Of a stretch of 47,301 nt of DNA, positions 1-9,430 are shown in pieces (positions within the stretch are counted from its first letter, which is position 1; each line of letters begins with the position of its first letter). The DNA comes from Clostridia bacterium (GTDB lineage Bacteria > Bacillota > Clostridia > Lachnospirales > Cellulosilyticaceae), in contig JAQSYC010000025.1 in NCBI GenBank assembly GCA_029256345.1, forward strand, positions 1 to 47,301, written 5' to 3'. The notes under the pieces were generated by a model. It ran no database searches and was not told the DNA's origin. It saw nothing but the letters and a program-made list of their open reading frames with translations. The position numbers were made by a program, and so were the translations under genes.

Positions 1-1
1 G

Positions 2-2029
2 GTGATCATGCAAGGTAAAGTATTTCATGATGAAACAGGTAATATTTTAGCCTATAGTCCAAGTTATTATCCGGCTCATGCAAAAGGGGATGTGAGATTC
101 ACAACCGTTATGGCCTATGAAGAAGGGACGAAAAAATACGCCAGGGAATTATGTACACTGTATAGTGAATTTATTGGCAGTGGTACGCTGCTGCGGCCAG
201 AAGGAGCAGCGAGGTTATCCAACCGATTAGGTACGAAAGGACCAGGGTTTTTTGCAATGGGCTGCAGCGTGGAGATTAAAGCTGACCGATCGGTAACAGT
301 GGATCATTTTGTAGGATTGATTTCGAACTTTAATGAGGAGGAACCAACTGATGTTTTGGTGAAACAGCAAATTGAAAGTCTGCAAAAAAAGTTTAGCAAA
401 GAGACTCAAGTGGAGCAGTGCTTTTTAGAACAGTTGGAAGGATACAAAAAATATAGAGACTATTTGCAGGTCCATACAAAAGATGCGCAGTTTGATACAT
501 ATGTTAATAAAAATTTGCCTTTTCAGGTATTATATCAGACTTTTGTATCCCGCTCTTTCGATCTGACGCAAAAGGGGTATAGAGAGATTGGATTTAGAGA
601 AATACAAGACATATTTGGATCTATGTATTATTTAATATCCATGGGGGAAATAGAATATACGAAAGCTTTGTTGCAAGAATGGATTTCTAAAGTATTAGAA
701 TTTGGATATTGTTATCATAACTTTTTTTGGCAAGGCAAAGAGGCTGGCAAATGGTCAGATGATGGCTTGTGGCTGGTACAGGCTGTTTATAGATTTGTAA
801 GTTATACAGGGGATGATAGTTTTCTGGATACCGCTTTTGAGATTCCAGAAACAGGAGGAAGGAAAAGAAGTGTCTATGAAACGCTGCAAGCGGTTATTAA
901 GTACTCATCAGAAGTATCAGTGGGTAACCATGGCTTGCCGCTGATTGATCATGCAGACTGGAATGACTGCTTAAAAGTAGATGAAGAGGCCATAAGAGGT
1001 GCTGAAAAAGAAGAAATTTACCTTAAAACAGGAAAATTCATAAATAACCAATCCGAAAGTGTTATGAATGCCTTTTTGCTTAAGATGGCTATAGTGGAGA
1101 TGTTAGAGTTTGCAAAAATAAAAGGGGATGCTAGTTATCACTCAAGGCTGCAGGTATTAAGAGATAAGCTGAGTCAAAATATTCAGAAGTATACTTGGAA
1201 AGGAGATTTTTATGCCAGAGTGTTATTCAATAGATTTGGAGATAAAATAACTTTCTTAGGAGCAGCTGGAGATGGCTTCTCAGCAGATCCTAAAAGTCAT
1301 GGGACTTACTTTTTAAACTCATTTAGCTGGTCTATTCTGGCTAAGGAAGCAACAGAAGATCAAATAGAGATTATGCTTGATAGAATTGAAAACCATCTTA
1401 AAACCCCATATGGTATCAAACTTATGAGCCCAACAGATTTATCAAGAGTTGCTACAAAAACTGCAACAGGAGAGTATTTCCCAGGAGACAGGGAAAATGG
1501 GGGTGTTTTTAAGCATGCAGCTATGATGGCAACAGCAGCCATGATACAAGCGGCTCAAGTGGTAGCAAGTAAAGAACTGGCTCAAAAACTGTCGGATATG
1601 GCTTATTGGATGGTGGACCTCACACTGCCTTATCGCACGTTAGAAAGTCCATTTGAAATAGCAGGTAATCCAAGGTGGTGCACACAGTATAATAATAGTG
1701 AAACAGGAGAAAATATAGGTCCTACATTAAGTGGGACATCAACATGGCTGTTTTTGACATTAACTGAAATGTTAGGCATTGAATATGAGAGAGAAAAATT
1801 GGTTTTAAATCCCATTTTAAGAAATCAGTCTGTAGAGGTACACTATGATTTAAGGTTTTTTGATGCCGTGTATGAGATTCATATCACAAAACCAGAAGGC
1901 TTTTATAGAATAAAGGACGGCCAGTATATTATAGAACTTGACGGAGTGACTATAGAAGAAAATAGTATAAAACTTATAAATGATCATCAAAGACATCAGG
2001 TGAAAATGAGATTTGAAATATCAAAATAA
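2..2029 (+). CDS. GH94 glycoside phosphorylase (cellobiose/cellodextrin phosphorylase-like), 5'-truncated by window edge
   Basis: GYREIGFREIQD segment, catalytic ADWNDC motif and PGDRENGGVF motif typical of the GH94 catalytic barrel. Confidence 0.8.
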   Translation: MIMQGKVFHDETGNILAYSPSYYPAHAKGDVRFTTVMAYEEGTKKYARELCTLYSEFIGSGTLLRPEGAARLSNRLGTKGPGFFAMGCSVEIKADRSVTVDHFVGLISNFNEEEPTDVLVKQQIESLQKKFSKETQVEQCFLEQLEGYKKYRDYLQVHTKDAQFDTYVNKNLPFQVLYQTFVSRSFDLTQKGYREIGFREIQDIFGSMYYLISMGEIEYTKALLQEWISKVLEFGYCYHNFFWQGKEAGKWSDDGLWLVQAVYRFVSYTGDDSFLDTAFEIPETGGRKRSVYETLQAVIKYSSEVSVGNHGLPLIDHADWNDCLKVDEEAIRGAEKEEIYLKTGKFINNQSESVMNAFLLKMAIVEMLEFAKIKGDASYHSRLQVLRDKLSQNIQKYTWKGDFYARVLFNRFGDKITFLGAAGDGFSADPKSHGTYFLNSFSWSILAKEATEDQIEIMLDRIENHLKTPYGIKLMSPTDLSRVATKTATGEYFPGDRENGGVFKHAAMMATAAMIQAAQVVASKELAQKLSDMAYWMVDLTLPYRTLESPFEIAGNPRWCTQYNNSETGENIGPTLSGTSTWLFLTLTEMLGIEYEREKLVLNPILRNQSVEVHYDLRFFDAVYEIHITKPEGFYRIKDGQYIIELDGVTIEENSIKLINDHQRHQVKMRFEISK

Positions 2030-2764
2030 CTCCCAGAGTAATTTAACAACCATGCCAGCGGACATAGTAATAAACAGAGGTTTAATAAGTTTGGTGCCTT
2101 TATTTAAAGCAAGACGGCTGCCAACTTTAGCACCTGCAATCATACAGAGTCCCACAGGTATACCTATGAGGTAGTCAATTTTATGATTTAAAGCGAATAA
2201 TACTAATGAAGTAAGATTGCTGGTGAAGTTGAGAATCTTTGCATTACCTGTAGCATTTATAAAGTCAAAATGATATATTTTTATAAAACCAAACAATAAG
2301 AAGGCACCTGTGCCAGGGCCAAAAAATCCATCATAAAAGCCCAGTGAAAAAGAGAAAACAACACCTAATAGAATGTTTTTGGAGGTTAGTTCCTTAAAGG
2401 TGTTTTCTATGCCTATCTTTTTTGAAAACAAGGTATATACAGCTATCACTATCATAAGGATAACAATAAGTATATTTAGTATTTCAGCAGGTATCAACAG
2501 GGTTGTATTAACTCCAACTACCGCCCCAAAAAGTGTAAAGGGAATAAGGATTTTCATAAGCTTTAAATGAGCCTTTTTGGATTTGATATATTCATAAGAA
2601 CTTGTGAAACTCCCCATGCTTGCTGAAAACTTATTGGTTCCTAGTGCCATATGAGGGGGGAGACCACTCATTAAAAAGGCAGGAAGACTGATGAGACCGC
2701 CGCCTCCAACGATGGCATCTACAAAAGAAGCGATAAAACCAGCGACACATAATAATACGATCAT
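2021..2764 (-). CDS. TSUP (TauE/SafE, YfcA-like) family membrane transporter
   Basis: DAIVGGGGLISLP, ALGTNK and GFYDGFFGPGTG motifs; hydrophobic; start moved to ATG 2764 behind an AAGGA RBS. Confidence 0.9.
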   Translation of the reverse strand: MIVLLCVAGFIASFVDAIVGGGGLISLPAFLMSGLPPHMALGTNKFSASMGSFTSSYEYIKSKKAHLKLMKILIPFTLFGAVVGVNTTLLIPAEILNILIVILMIVIAVYTLFSKKIGIENTFKELTSKNILLGVVFSFSLGFYDGFFGPGTGAFLLFGFIKIYHFDFINATGNAKILNFTSNLTSLVLFALNHKIDYLIGIPVGLCMIAGAKVGSRLALNKGTKLIKPLFITMSAGMVVKLLWELF

Positions 2765-2838
2765 ATAAGTACCATCCTTATGTAAAAAATGTTTGATGTG
2801 AATCATTATATTATAAAGGCAATAGATATAATACACAA

Positions 2839-2874
2839 TAGAAAACTCCTCTTAGCATGAAGAGGAGTTTTCTA
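2839..2874. terminator. Intrinsic terminator hairpin
   Basis: 15-bp perfect inverted repeat TAGAAAACTCCTCTT/AAGAGGAGTTTTCTA with 6-nt loop. Confidence 0.75.
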
Positions 2875-3006
2875 GGCTTGGGTAAGGGTGGTTTCAGCTT
2901 GCATTTGAGGTTTCCTTAAAGGCAGCTGAAAAGGGTAGATGTTTCTTAAAAATGATGGATGTATTATTGGGGTGCTCGATACATCTTAACGTGATGTTAA
3001 GATGTA
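2839..3006 (-). ncRNA. Candidate forespore-specific small RNA (CsfG-like architecture)
   Basis: Minus-strand sigma-G/F-like promoter, two hairpins, C-rich linkers, closing terminator; no ORF in the ORF track. Confidence 0.5.
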
Positions 3007-3010
3007 TTCA

Positions 3011-3039
3011 TAGTATGACCAGGTTTTTAGATTTTATAC
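3011..3039 (-). promoter_or_regulatory. Sigma-G/sigma-F-like promoter
   Basis: Minus strand reads GTATA-N17-CATACTA (GGTCATACTA at -10), close to the forespore sigma consensus. Confidence 0.55.
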
Positions 3040-3124
3040 CTGTTTTTAGTTAACCTTACAACAAAGATGTTATATAATAAAAGATAGTAAAAGGTAATGA
3101 TTAAGCAGAGGAGATGTATGAAAA

Positions 3125-3292
3125 ATGGAAAATTATTTTTATAAATGCGAAGTATGTGGTTTTGTGCATTTGGTGCCAGCATACTGGACGTCTTTTAATC
3201 CAGACGTAGAGATGAGTTTCTCGCATATTGACAGACACACAGGAGAACCGTGTTCAAATAGCGCGCTACAGCTGATACCTCCTATGGAATAA
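3125..3292 (+). CDS. 55-aa small protein, putative zinc-ribbon/metal-binding (below ORF-track cutoff)
   Basis: Manual translation MENYFYKCEVCGFVHLVPAYWTSFNPDVEMSFSHIDRHTGEPCSNSALQLIPPME; AGAGGAG RBS; TATAAT at 3073-3078. Confidence 0.7.
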   Translation: MENYFYKCEVCGFVHLVPAYWTSFNPDVEMSFSHIDRHTGEPCSNSALQLIPPME

Positions 3293-3387
3293 GTTAAAAG
3301 AATGCCCGTATAATATAAGGAGGCAGAGGCGAATAATAAGCAAAGCAAAATCTGCTGAAATGTATTTAGACAGACTGGAGATATGAA

Positions 3388-4008
3388 ATGTTTTGGAGTA
3401 GGGCGATTATTTATCTGATTAGGCTCATTTTTATTATTAATGCACTTTATTTAGCAGTAACTTTAAAATTTGTTTTAGCAGCATTACTTTTGGGCAGCTT
3501 GGTACTTGTTTTGGTACCGGAGATTTTTACAAAAATAACGGGTGTTAAGATCCCAAAGGGTGCAAGAGCATGTTATGCAGTGTTTATACTAGGTACTCAA
3601 TGGCTTGGAACTTACCTAAGACTATATGATTCGCTTTTATGGTGGGATATTATGCTACATTTTTTGTCAGGTATTCTTCTAGGGTATGTAGGACTTGTTT
3701 TAATGGTATGGCTGGATAAAGAACATAGCATAAAAGGGGAAAATAAGCCTATTATAACTATTCTTTTCTCCTTTTGTGTTGCTGTTTCAGGGGCAGTGTT
3801 TTGGGAAATAATAGAATTTTTAGCAGATACTTTTTTAGGGAGTCATACACAGCTTGGAAGTCTGCAGGATACAATGGAAGATATGATTTATGGAACACTA
3901 GGGGCAGCACTGTTTGCATGCTATCTCTATAGAGGTTTCCGCAGAAATAAAGTGCTGTTATTTGAAAAACTCATCGCACTTAATAAAAAAGATAAAGAGG
4001 ATGAGTAA
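3388..4008 (+). CDS. Integral membrane protein (DUF2238/YjdF-like)
   Basis: WWDIMLHFLSG, AVFWEIIEF and DTMEDM motifs; multiple TM segments; GGAG RBS. Confidence 0.7.
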   Translation: MFWSRAIIYLIRLIFIINALYLAVTLKFVLAALLLGSLVLVLVPEIFTKITGVKIPKGARACYAVFILGTQWLGTYLRLYDSLLWWDIMLHFLSGILLGYVGLVLMVWLDKEHSIKGENKPIITILFSFCVAVSGAVFWEIIEFLADTFLGSHTQLGSLQDTMEDMIYGTLGAALFACYLYRGFRRNKVLLFEKLIALNKKDKEDE

Positions 4009-4034
4009 AAGCTTGTCCTTTTTATCTTTTTCTT
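3985..4034 (+). terminator. Intrinsic terminator
   Basis: AAAAAGATAAAGAGGATGAG/CTTGTCCTTTTTATCTTTTT imperfect inverted repeat with T tail. Confidence 0.55.
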
Positions 4035-4100
4035 TTCAATGGTGAAGAATATTGGTATAGTAAAAGAAGATTTATAAGTTGGAGAGTAGGAGAAGAACAC

Positions 4101-4418
4101 ATGGAATATTTTAATATAGAGCTAAATACCAACTTGGAGGTAAGACCTATAGAAAGAGACGGTGATATGGATTTATTTATTCCAACACTGGATTATCCAA
4201 TCCATCTTGAAGGGATGGGAGATGACTTTTCAAGAATACAGTTTCCAACGGCGAGGGCAATACTCATTAGGATGTCGCCGAAGGTAAACACTATCACTTG
4301 TCATGTATTAAAAGATGTTGATTTGTTTTCAAGCTTTGTAAATTTTGAAGTGAGAAAAGAGCTTAACAGCATTGTTATTTATCAAAGAGAAGGCTATATT
4401 GAACTGAGTTTTAAATAG
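4101..4418 (+). CDS. Hypothetical protein (105 aa)
   Basis: AGGAG RBS; 13 nt upstream of the ABC-F gene, probably co-transcribed. Confidence 0.7.
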   Translation: MEYFNIELNTNLEVRPIERDGDMDLFIPTLDYPIHLEGMGDDFSRIQFPTARAILIRMSPKVNTITCHVLKDVDLFSSFVNFEVRKELNSIVIYQREGYIELSFK

Positions 4419-4431
4419 AGAGGGACTAATC

Positions 4432-6345
4432 ATGATTTTATTATCAGCAAATAATATTAAAAAAGTATACGGTGAAAAGACTATTTTTTCTGATCTTTCC
4501 ATAACAGTGGACAGCTCAGAAAAAATAGGCATCATAGGGATTAATGGTACAGGGAAAAGCAGTTTGCTTAAGATATTGGCAGGTCATGAAACAGCAGACC
4601 AAGGAGAAGTGGCAACATCTAATGAGTTAGATATAGAATACCTGCCTCAAAATCCTGTTTTTGATGAAAAGGCCACTGTTCTTGAACAAGTTTTTAAAGG
4701 AGAGTCTGCCTTTATGAAAGTTTTAAGAGCTTATGAAAGTACATTAGAGACTATGAATGAAAACCCAGAGAACGAAGAACTTTCGCAAAGGCTTATTAAG
4801 TTAAGCGCGCAGATGGATGCGATAGGAGCTTGGCAGGTAGAAAGTGAAGCAAAAGCTATTCTTACAAAACTAGGAATCACTCAGTTTAATCAAGAAGTTT
4901 CTAGGCTTTCCGGAGGACAAAGGAAAAAGATTGCACTTGCGGGGGCACTGATTAGACCCTGCAATTTATTGATACTTGACGAGCCTACCAACCATTTGGA
5001 TAATGATACAATTGATTATCTAGAGGAACTCTTAAAAACCAAAAAATGTGCGGTGCTGATGGTAACTCATGACAGATACTTTTTAGATAGAGTCGTTAAT
5101 AAGATCGTAGAGTTAGATCAAGGAAGGCTCTATAAATATGAGGGGAATTACCAGGCGTTTGTAGAACTTAAAGCCCAAAGGGAAAATATGGAGGAAAGAA
5201 TAAGAGAGAAAAATCTTTCGTCCTACAAAAATGAATTGGAGTGGATGAGAAAAGGGGTAGAAGCAAGGCGAACCAAACAAAAAGCAAGACAAGACAGATT
5301 TTATGAGCTGGAGGAGACTGTTGCTAAAACAGCCAAACAAAGTATGGATATCGCTCTTGGAACAAGTCGTTTGGGAAAAAAGATTATTGCGATGGAGGGG
5401 CTGACAAAGTACTTTGAAAAACAATGTGTGCTTAAAGCGTTCACTTACACGGTTTTAAAGCAAGATCGAATAGGAATCATTGGAGATAATGGAGTAGGGA
5501 AGTCCACTTTGCTTAACCTTATTACAGAAAGAATAGTAGCAGATGAAGGTATCATAGATATTGGGGAAACTGTAAAAATTGGCTATTACACCCAAGAAAA
5601 TAAAGATATGGATTTATCTCTTAGGGTGATAGATTATATTAAAGATCAGGCCGAATATATTAAACTGGCGGATGGGAGCAGTCTTTCGGCTAGTAAGATG
5701 TTAGAACGGTTTCTCTTTACGCCTGCTATGCAGTATGCTGTTATTGGCAAATTATCTGGAGGAGAAAGAAGACGGCTGTATTTATTAAATATATTGATGC
5801 AGGATATTAATGTGCTTTTGCTGGACGAGCCAACCAACGACCTAGATATATACACACTGCAGATACTGGAAAGTTATATTGACGATTTTGATGGACCTGT
5901 ACTTGCAGTATCTCATGACAGATATTTTTTAGACCGTATTGCGGATAAAATTTTTGTATTTGAAGGAGAGGGTAAAGTTAGTCATTATCCTGGCAATTAT
6001 TCAGATTATTATTTGAAAAAGCAAGAACAAGAAAAAGTAACACTAAAAGAATCTCATAATAAAAAGTTGCAAAATGAAATACGAGAGGTATCTTCAGAGG
6101 CAGGGGTAGTAAAAATAAAGTTTACCTACAAGGAAAAGATGGAATATGAAAAAATAGATGAGGAAATTGAAGCAATAGAAAGCACTTTAAAAGAGTTGGA
6201 AAATGAAATGGCTGAAAATGCCAGTCATTTTAGTAAGCTGCAAGAATTGATGCAAAAAAAGGAAGAAATAGAGGAGCAGTTTACGTATAAATTACAGAGA
6301 TGGGAATACTTAAACGAATTAGCGGAGAAAATAAATACAAAATAA
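4432..6345 (+). CDS. ABC-F family ribosome-associated ATPase (YfmR/Uup-like)
   Basis: Two NBDs (GINGTGKS, GDNGVGKS; LSGGQ, LSGGE; LDEPTN twice), no TM segments, C-terminal coiled coil. Confidence 0.92.
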   Translation: MILLSANNIKKVYGEKTIFSDLSITVDSSEKIGIIGINGTGKSSLLKILAGHETADQGEVATSNELDIEYLPQNPVFDEKATVLEQVFKGESAFMKVLRAYESTLETMNENPENEELSQRLIKLSAQMDAIGAWQVESEAKAILTKLGITQFNQEVSRLSGGQRKKIALAGALIRPCNLLILDEPTNHLDNDTIDYLEELLKTKKCAVLMVTHDRYFLDRVVNKIVELDQGRLYKYEGNYQAFVELKAQRENMEERIREKNLSSYKNELEWMRKGVEARRTKQKARQDRFYELEETVAKTAKQSMDIALGTSRLGKKIIAMEGLTKYFEKQCVLKAFTYTVLKQDRIGIIGDNGVGKSTLLNLITERIVADEGIIDIGETVKIGYYTQENKDMDLSLRVIDYIKDQAEYIKLADGSSLSASKMLERFLFTPAMQYAVIGKLSGGERRRLYLLNILMQDINVLLLDEPTNDLDIYTLQILESYIDDFDGPVLAVSHDRYFLDRIADKIFVFEGEGKVSHYPGNYSDYYLKKQEQEKVTLKESHNKKLQNEIREVSSEAGVVKIKFTYKEKMEYEKIDEEIEAIESTLKELENEMAENASHFSKLQELMQKKEEIEEQFTYKLQRWEYLNELAEKINTK

Positions 6346-6466
6346 TATTCATTTACGGTTTTTTAAGAAATTAATGTAATAAAACTTTTAAATAGACTAT
6401 ATTTTTAGGATAAGAATGTGTATAATAATAAGGGTATATTTAGAGATAATAAGGAGGAGCATTAAA

Positions 6467-7615
6467 ATGGATGAAAATAATATCACCATGGCTGACTTAA
6501 TGGCAGAAATTGATAAATCAATGACACGTATATATAGAGGGGACATCCTAAAAGCAAAAGTTGCTTTGATTCAAGATCAAGGAGTAATTGTAAATATAGG
6601 CTATCATGCAGATGGACTTATTACATGGAGCGAATTCTCATATGATGAAATTGATAAGAATAGTATTCAAATAGGTGATGAATTTGAAGTAACTGTTCTA
6701 AAAATAGATGATGGCGAGGGGAATGTACTTGTTTCCAAACGAAGAGCAGAAGCAGAAACAGCTCTGATTGATGTTGCAGAACTATTTGAGAAAAAAGAAG
6801 TATTTACAGTACGTATTAAAGAAGTTGTTAAAGGCGGCGTCGTGGCCCCAGTTAAAGGATTACGAGCATTTATCCCAGGATCTCAAATTTCTAATACATA
6901 TGTACAAGATTTAGCACAATATGTAGGACAAGAAGTTGAAGTAGAGATTATCGAATTTGTTCCTAAAACTAAAAAAGTTGTTTTATCAGGAAAAAGAATT
7001 GCCGCTGAAAAAGCTGGCGCTGCTAAAAAAGAGAAGCTCGAAGAGCTTGTAGAAGGTCAGAAGTATTCTGGAACGATTACCAAACTTATGCCTTATGGGG
7101 TATTCGTAAATCTTGGAGGTGTAGATGGCCTCATTCATAACAATGATTTGTCATGGACCAGAATCAAACATCCTTCTGATATTGTAAAAGAAGGCGATAA
7201 AGTAGAAGTAACAGTGCTTACAGTAGATAAAACAGCAGGCAAGGTATCTCTTAGATTAAAAGATATAGATATGGATCCTTGGTACCTAGAATCAGTTAAC
7301 TTAGAAAAAGATCAAATCGTTCCAGCAACGATTACACGGTTTACTCATTTTGGCGCATTTGCTAAAATTAGTGAAAATGTAGAAGGACTTATTCATATTT
7401 CACAAATATCAGAAAAAAGAATTCAAAAAGCAGAAGAAGTATTAGAAATAGGTCAAGAAGTTCAGGTTAAAGTGCTTAACATTGATAAAGAAAATAAAAA
7501 AATATCTCTTAGTCTTAAAGAAGTAGAAGAAAAAGCGGATGAAGAAATACTTCAATACATGACTCAGGATGAAGAAAGTACGACACTGGGTGATGTTTTA
7601 GGTAATCTTTTTTAA
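6467..7615 (+). CDS. rpsA: 30S ribosomal protein S1 (four S1 domains)
   Basis: S1 repeats (GLRAFIPGSQI, YGVFVNLGGVDGLIH, FGAFAKISENVEGLIHISQIS), TTLGD tail; AAGGAGG RBS before ATG 6467. Confidence 0.9.
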   Translation: MDENNITMADLMAEIDKSMTRIYRGDILKAKVALIQDQGVIVNIGYHADGLITWSEFSYDEIDKNSIQIGDEFEVTVLKIDDGEGNVLVSKRRAEAETALIDVAELFEKKEVFTVRIKEVVKGGVVAPVKGLRAFIPGSQISNTYVQDLAQYVGQEVEVEIIEFVPKTKKVVLSGKRIAAEKAGAAKKEKLEELVEGQKYSGTITKLMPYGVFVNLGGVDGLIHNNDLSWTRIKHPSDIVKEGDKVEVTVLTVDKTAGKVSLRLKDIDMDPWYLESVNLEKDQIVPATITRFTHFGAFAKISENVEGLIHISQISEKRIQKAEEVLEIGQEVQVKVLNIDKENKKISLSLKEVEEKADEEILQYMTQDEESTTLGDVLGNLF

Positions 7616-7641
7616 AAAGAATCCATTAGGATTCTTTTTTT
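7614..7641 (+). terminator. Intrinsic terminator after rpsA
   Basis: AAAAAGAATCC-ATTA-GGATTCTTTTTTT. Confidence 0.8.
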
Positions 7642-7726
7642 GTATATGGAAATAAATAGATTGATAAGATTGTTGTAAAAATATCTAAAAATGTGATAAA
7701 ATGAAGAAAAATAAAGGGAGATTAAG

Positions 7727-8860
7727 ATGGGGATATTTGAAATATTGTTTAAAAAATCTAAATCAAGATCTACTGTATCGCGTAGCACGAGTTCTCTAGA
7801 AGGTATTTTTGATGAACTTAATGAGTTAGTTATAAAAAAGCAACGAATAAGTGACTATCTCGTAGATTTAGAAAGAAGAGAAAATGAAATTCAAAAATTT
7901 GATGCCTTAGACAAAGGGGATATCGAACAGTTAAATATTTTGGCTAACAAAGCTAAAGATATAGAAGAAAAAAAACAAAATCTTAGAGGAAGACTTATTA
8001 GAAACAATAAAGCACTTTATTTGATAGCTCAGTACGAAGGAGATCTGCCAAATCTTATCAAAGAAATGTATGATTCTGAAAGGAATCAAAGAGATACAGA
8101 GATGAATATTGTTTATTTACAAGAAGAAAAAGAAGAGTTGTTAGAAGAAAGAGAAGCACTGCTCAAAGGATATCGTTTTTTAAAGCATTTTAGTGTTTTT
8201 TTTGTTATTATGATAGCACTGTGTCTTCTTGCTACTTTTGCACTTATGCAGGTCTTAAGGGAAGAAATATGGATTGCATTAAGTGTGTTTGGAAGCATGC
8301 TGCTTGTTTTTGTTGTGAGCATTTTATATGCCAAAGATAAAATGGAAAGAGAACTGAATAAAAATGTCATTTTGCAGCAAAAAGCTATAAAATATCTTAA
8401 TAAGTCTAAAATTAGATATTTTCATCAAAGAAGGTATTTAGATTTTCAATATGAAAAATTAGGCGTAGATAGTACTTCAAAATTAGAAATGTATTATAAT
8501 CGCTATATTAAAAACAAAGATAATGAAAAAAAATATATGCAGTTCAATCAGTTGCTTGCAGAAATAGAACAAAAAATGCTAGAGATTATCAAAAATAAAA
8601 AAATTCATGTAGAGTATATTGAAAACCTGACAGATTGGGCACTTGCCCCTCAAAAGGTTAATGCCATTAAAACCTTAAAAGCGGATAAAGAAAAAACAAT
8701 CGAACAGCATAAAGCTTTAGTGCTTTATGAAGAAACCTTGTGGAAAGAAGTCTATAGCTATGAAAAAGATGAAGAGATGAAGGCGATTATTCATCATAAG
8801 ATTAATATGTATCATGATAAAGTCACTGGGCATCTTGACAAAATAAAAAAAGATGCATAA
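7727..8860 (+). CDS. Hypothetical coiled-coil protein with central two-TM hairpin
   Basis: 377-aa ORF, AAGGGAG RBS, charged helical regions flanking two hydrophobic segments. Confidence 0.75.
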   Translation: MGIFEILFKKSKSRSTVSRSTSSLEGIFDELNELVIKKQRISDYLVDLERRENEIQKFDALDKGDIEQLNILANKAKDIEEKKQNLRGRLIRNNKALYLIAQYEGDLPNLIKEMYDSERNQRDTEMNIVYLQEEKEELLEEREALLKGYRFLKHFSVFFVIMIALCLLATFALMQVLREEIWIALSVFGSMLLVFVVSILYAKDKMERELNKNVILQQKAIKYLNKSKIRYFHQRRYLDFQYEKLGVDSTSKLEMYYNRYIKNKDNEKKYMQFNQLLAEIEQKMLEIIKNKKIHVEYIENLTDWALAPQKVNAIKTLKADKEKTIEQHKALVLYEETLWKEVYSYEKDEEMKAIIHHKINMYHDKVTGHLDKIKKDA

Positions 8861-8863
8861 AAT
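8835..8863 (+). promoter_or_regulatory. Sigma-A promoter for the T-box leader
   Basis: TTGACA-N17-TAAAAT. Confidence 0.75.
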
Positions 8864-8885
8864 AGTAGAATAAAAGAATAATAAA

Positions 8886-9124
8886 GTATGCGATGATAAA
8901 GAGGAGTATAATATGCCTAAGCACAGAGAGAGGAGATTAAAGCTGGAAGTCTTCTCGCAGACGGGGTATTAGAAGGTAGCTTTTGAGCACTGTTTTTGAA
9001 ATAATAGTAAAAAATAGCGGGTGTGCCCGTTACAGCATTTGGAGTGCTTTGCTTGTCGCAAAGAATTAAGGTGGTACCACGAAGTTTTTTCGTCCTTAAA
9101 TAATGGATGAAAAAGCTTTTTTTA
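8886..9124 (+). ncRNA. T-box riboswitch, valine specifier
   Basis: GA motif, AGAGA and GCTGGAA stem I loops, specifier GTA at 8976-8978, AGTA stem II, T-box AAGGTGGTACCACG 9068-9081, terminator 9082-9124; upstream of valS. Confidence 0.95.
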
Positions 9125-9166
9125 TTTGTCAAAAATAAGAATAAATGATATTTACAATAGGAGAGA

Positions 9167-9376
9167 GTGGGTGTAAATGTGCAATCGATAGGATTTATAA
9201 TATTTTGTATAGGTACAGTCATTACTTTTGGCGCAAAACGCATTGTAGTAGCAAAAACAAAGCTAGATCAAGAGGATAAAGAGGAAATGGGTGCACTTAT
9301 AAATAGTGCGGTCATTGCAGTAAAATTAATCGGTTTTATTGTAGCACTCATTGGTTTTATTTTTATAATGCTTTAG
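9167..9376 (+). CDS. Small two-TM membrane protein (69 aa)
   Basis: Two hydrophobic helices separated by a charged loop; purine-rich RBS; exact start uncertain. Confidence 0.7.
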   Translation: MGVNVQSIGFIIFCIGTVITFGAKRIVVAKTKLDQEDKEEMGALINSAVIAVKLIGFIVALIGFIFIML

Positions 9377-9430
9377 AGGGTTTGCCCATAGGACCTTAAC
9401 AAATCTTTACGAATTCAAAGGAGGAACAAA

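Noticed and set aside
3139-3348. 69-aa minus-strand ORF
   Set aside because: Shadow of the better-supported plus-strand 55-aa ORF, which has an RBS and a Cys motif
8917-9243. 108-aa minus-strand ORF
   Set aside because: Antisense to the T-box leader and the small membrane ORF; no protein-like features
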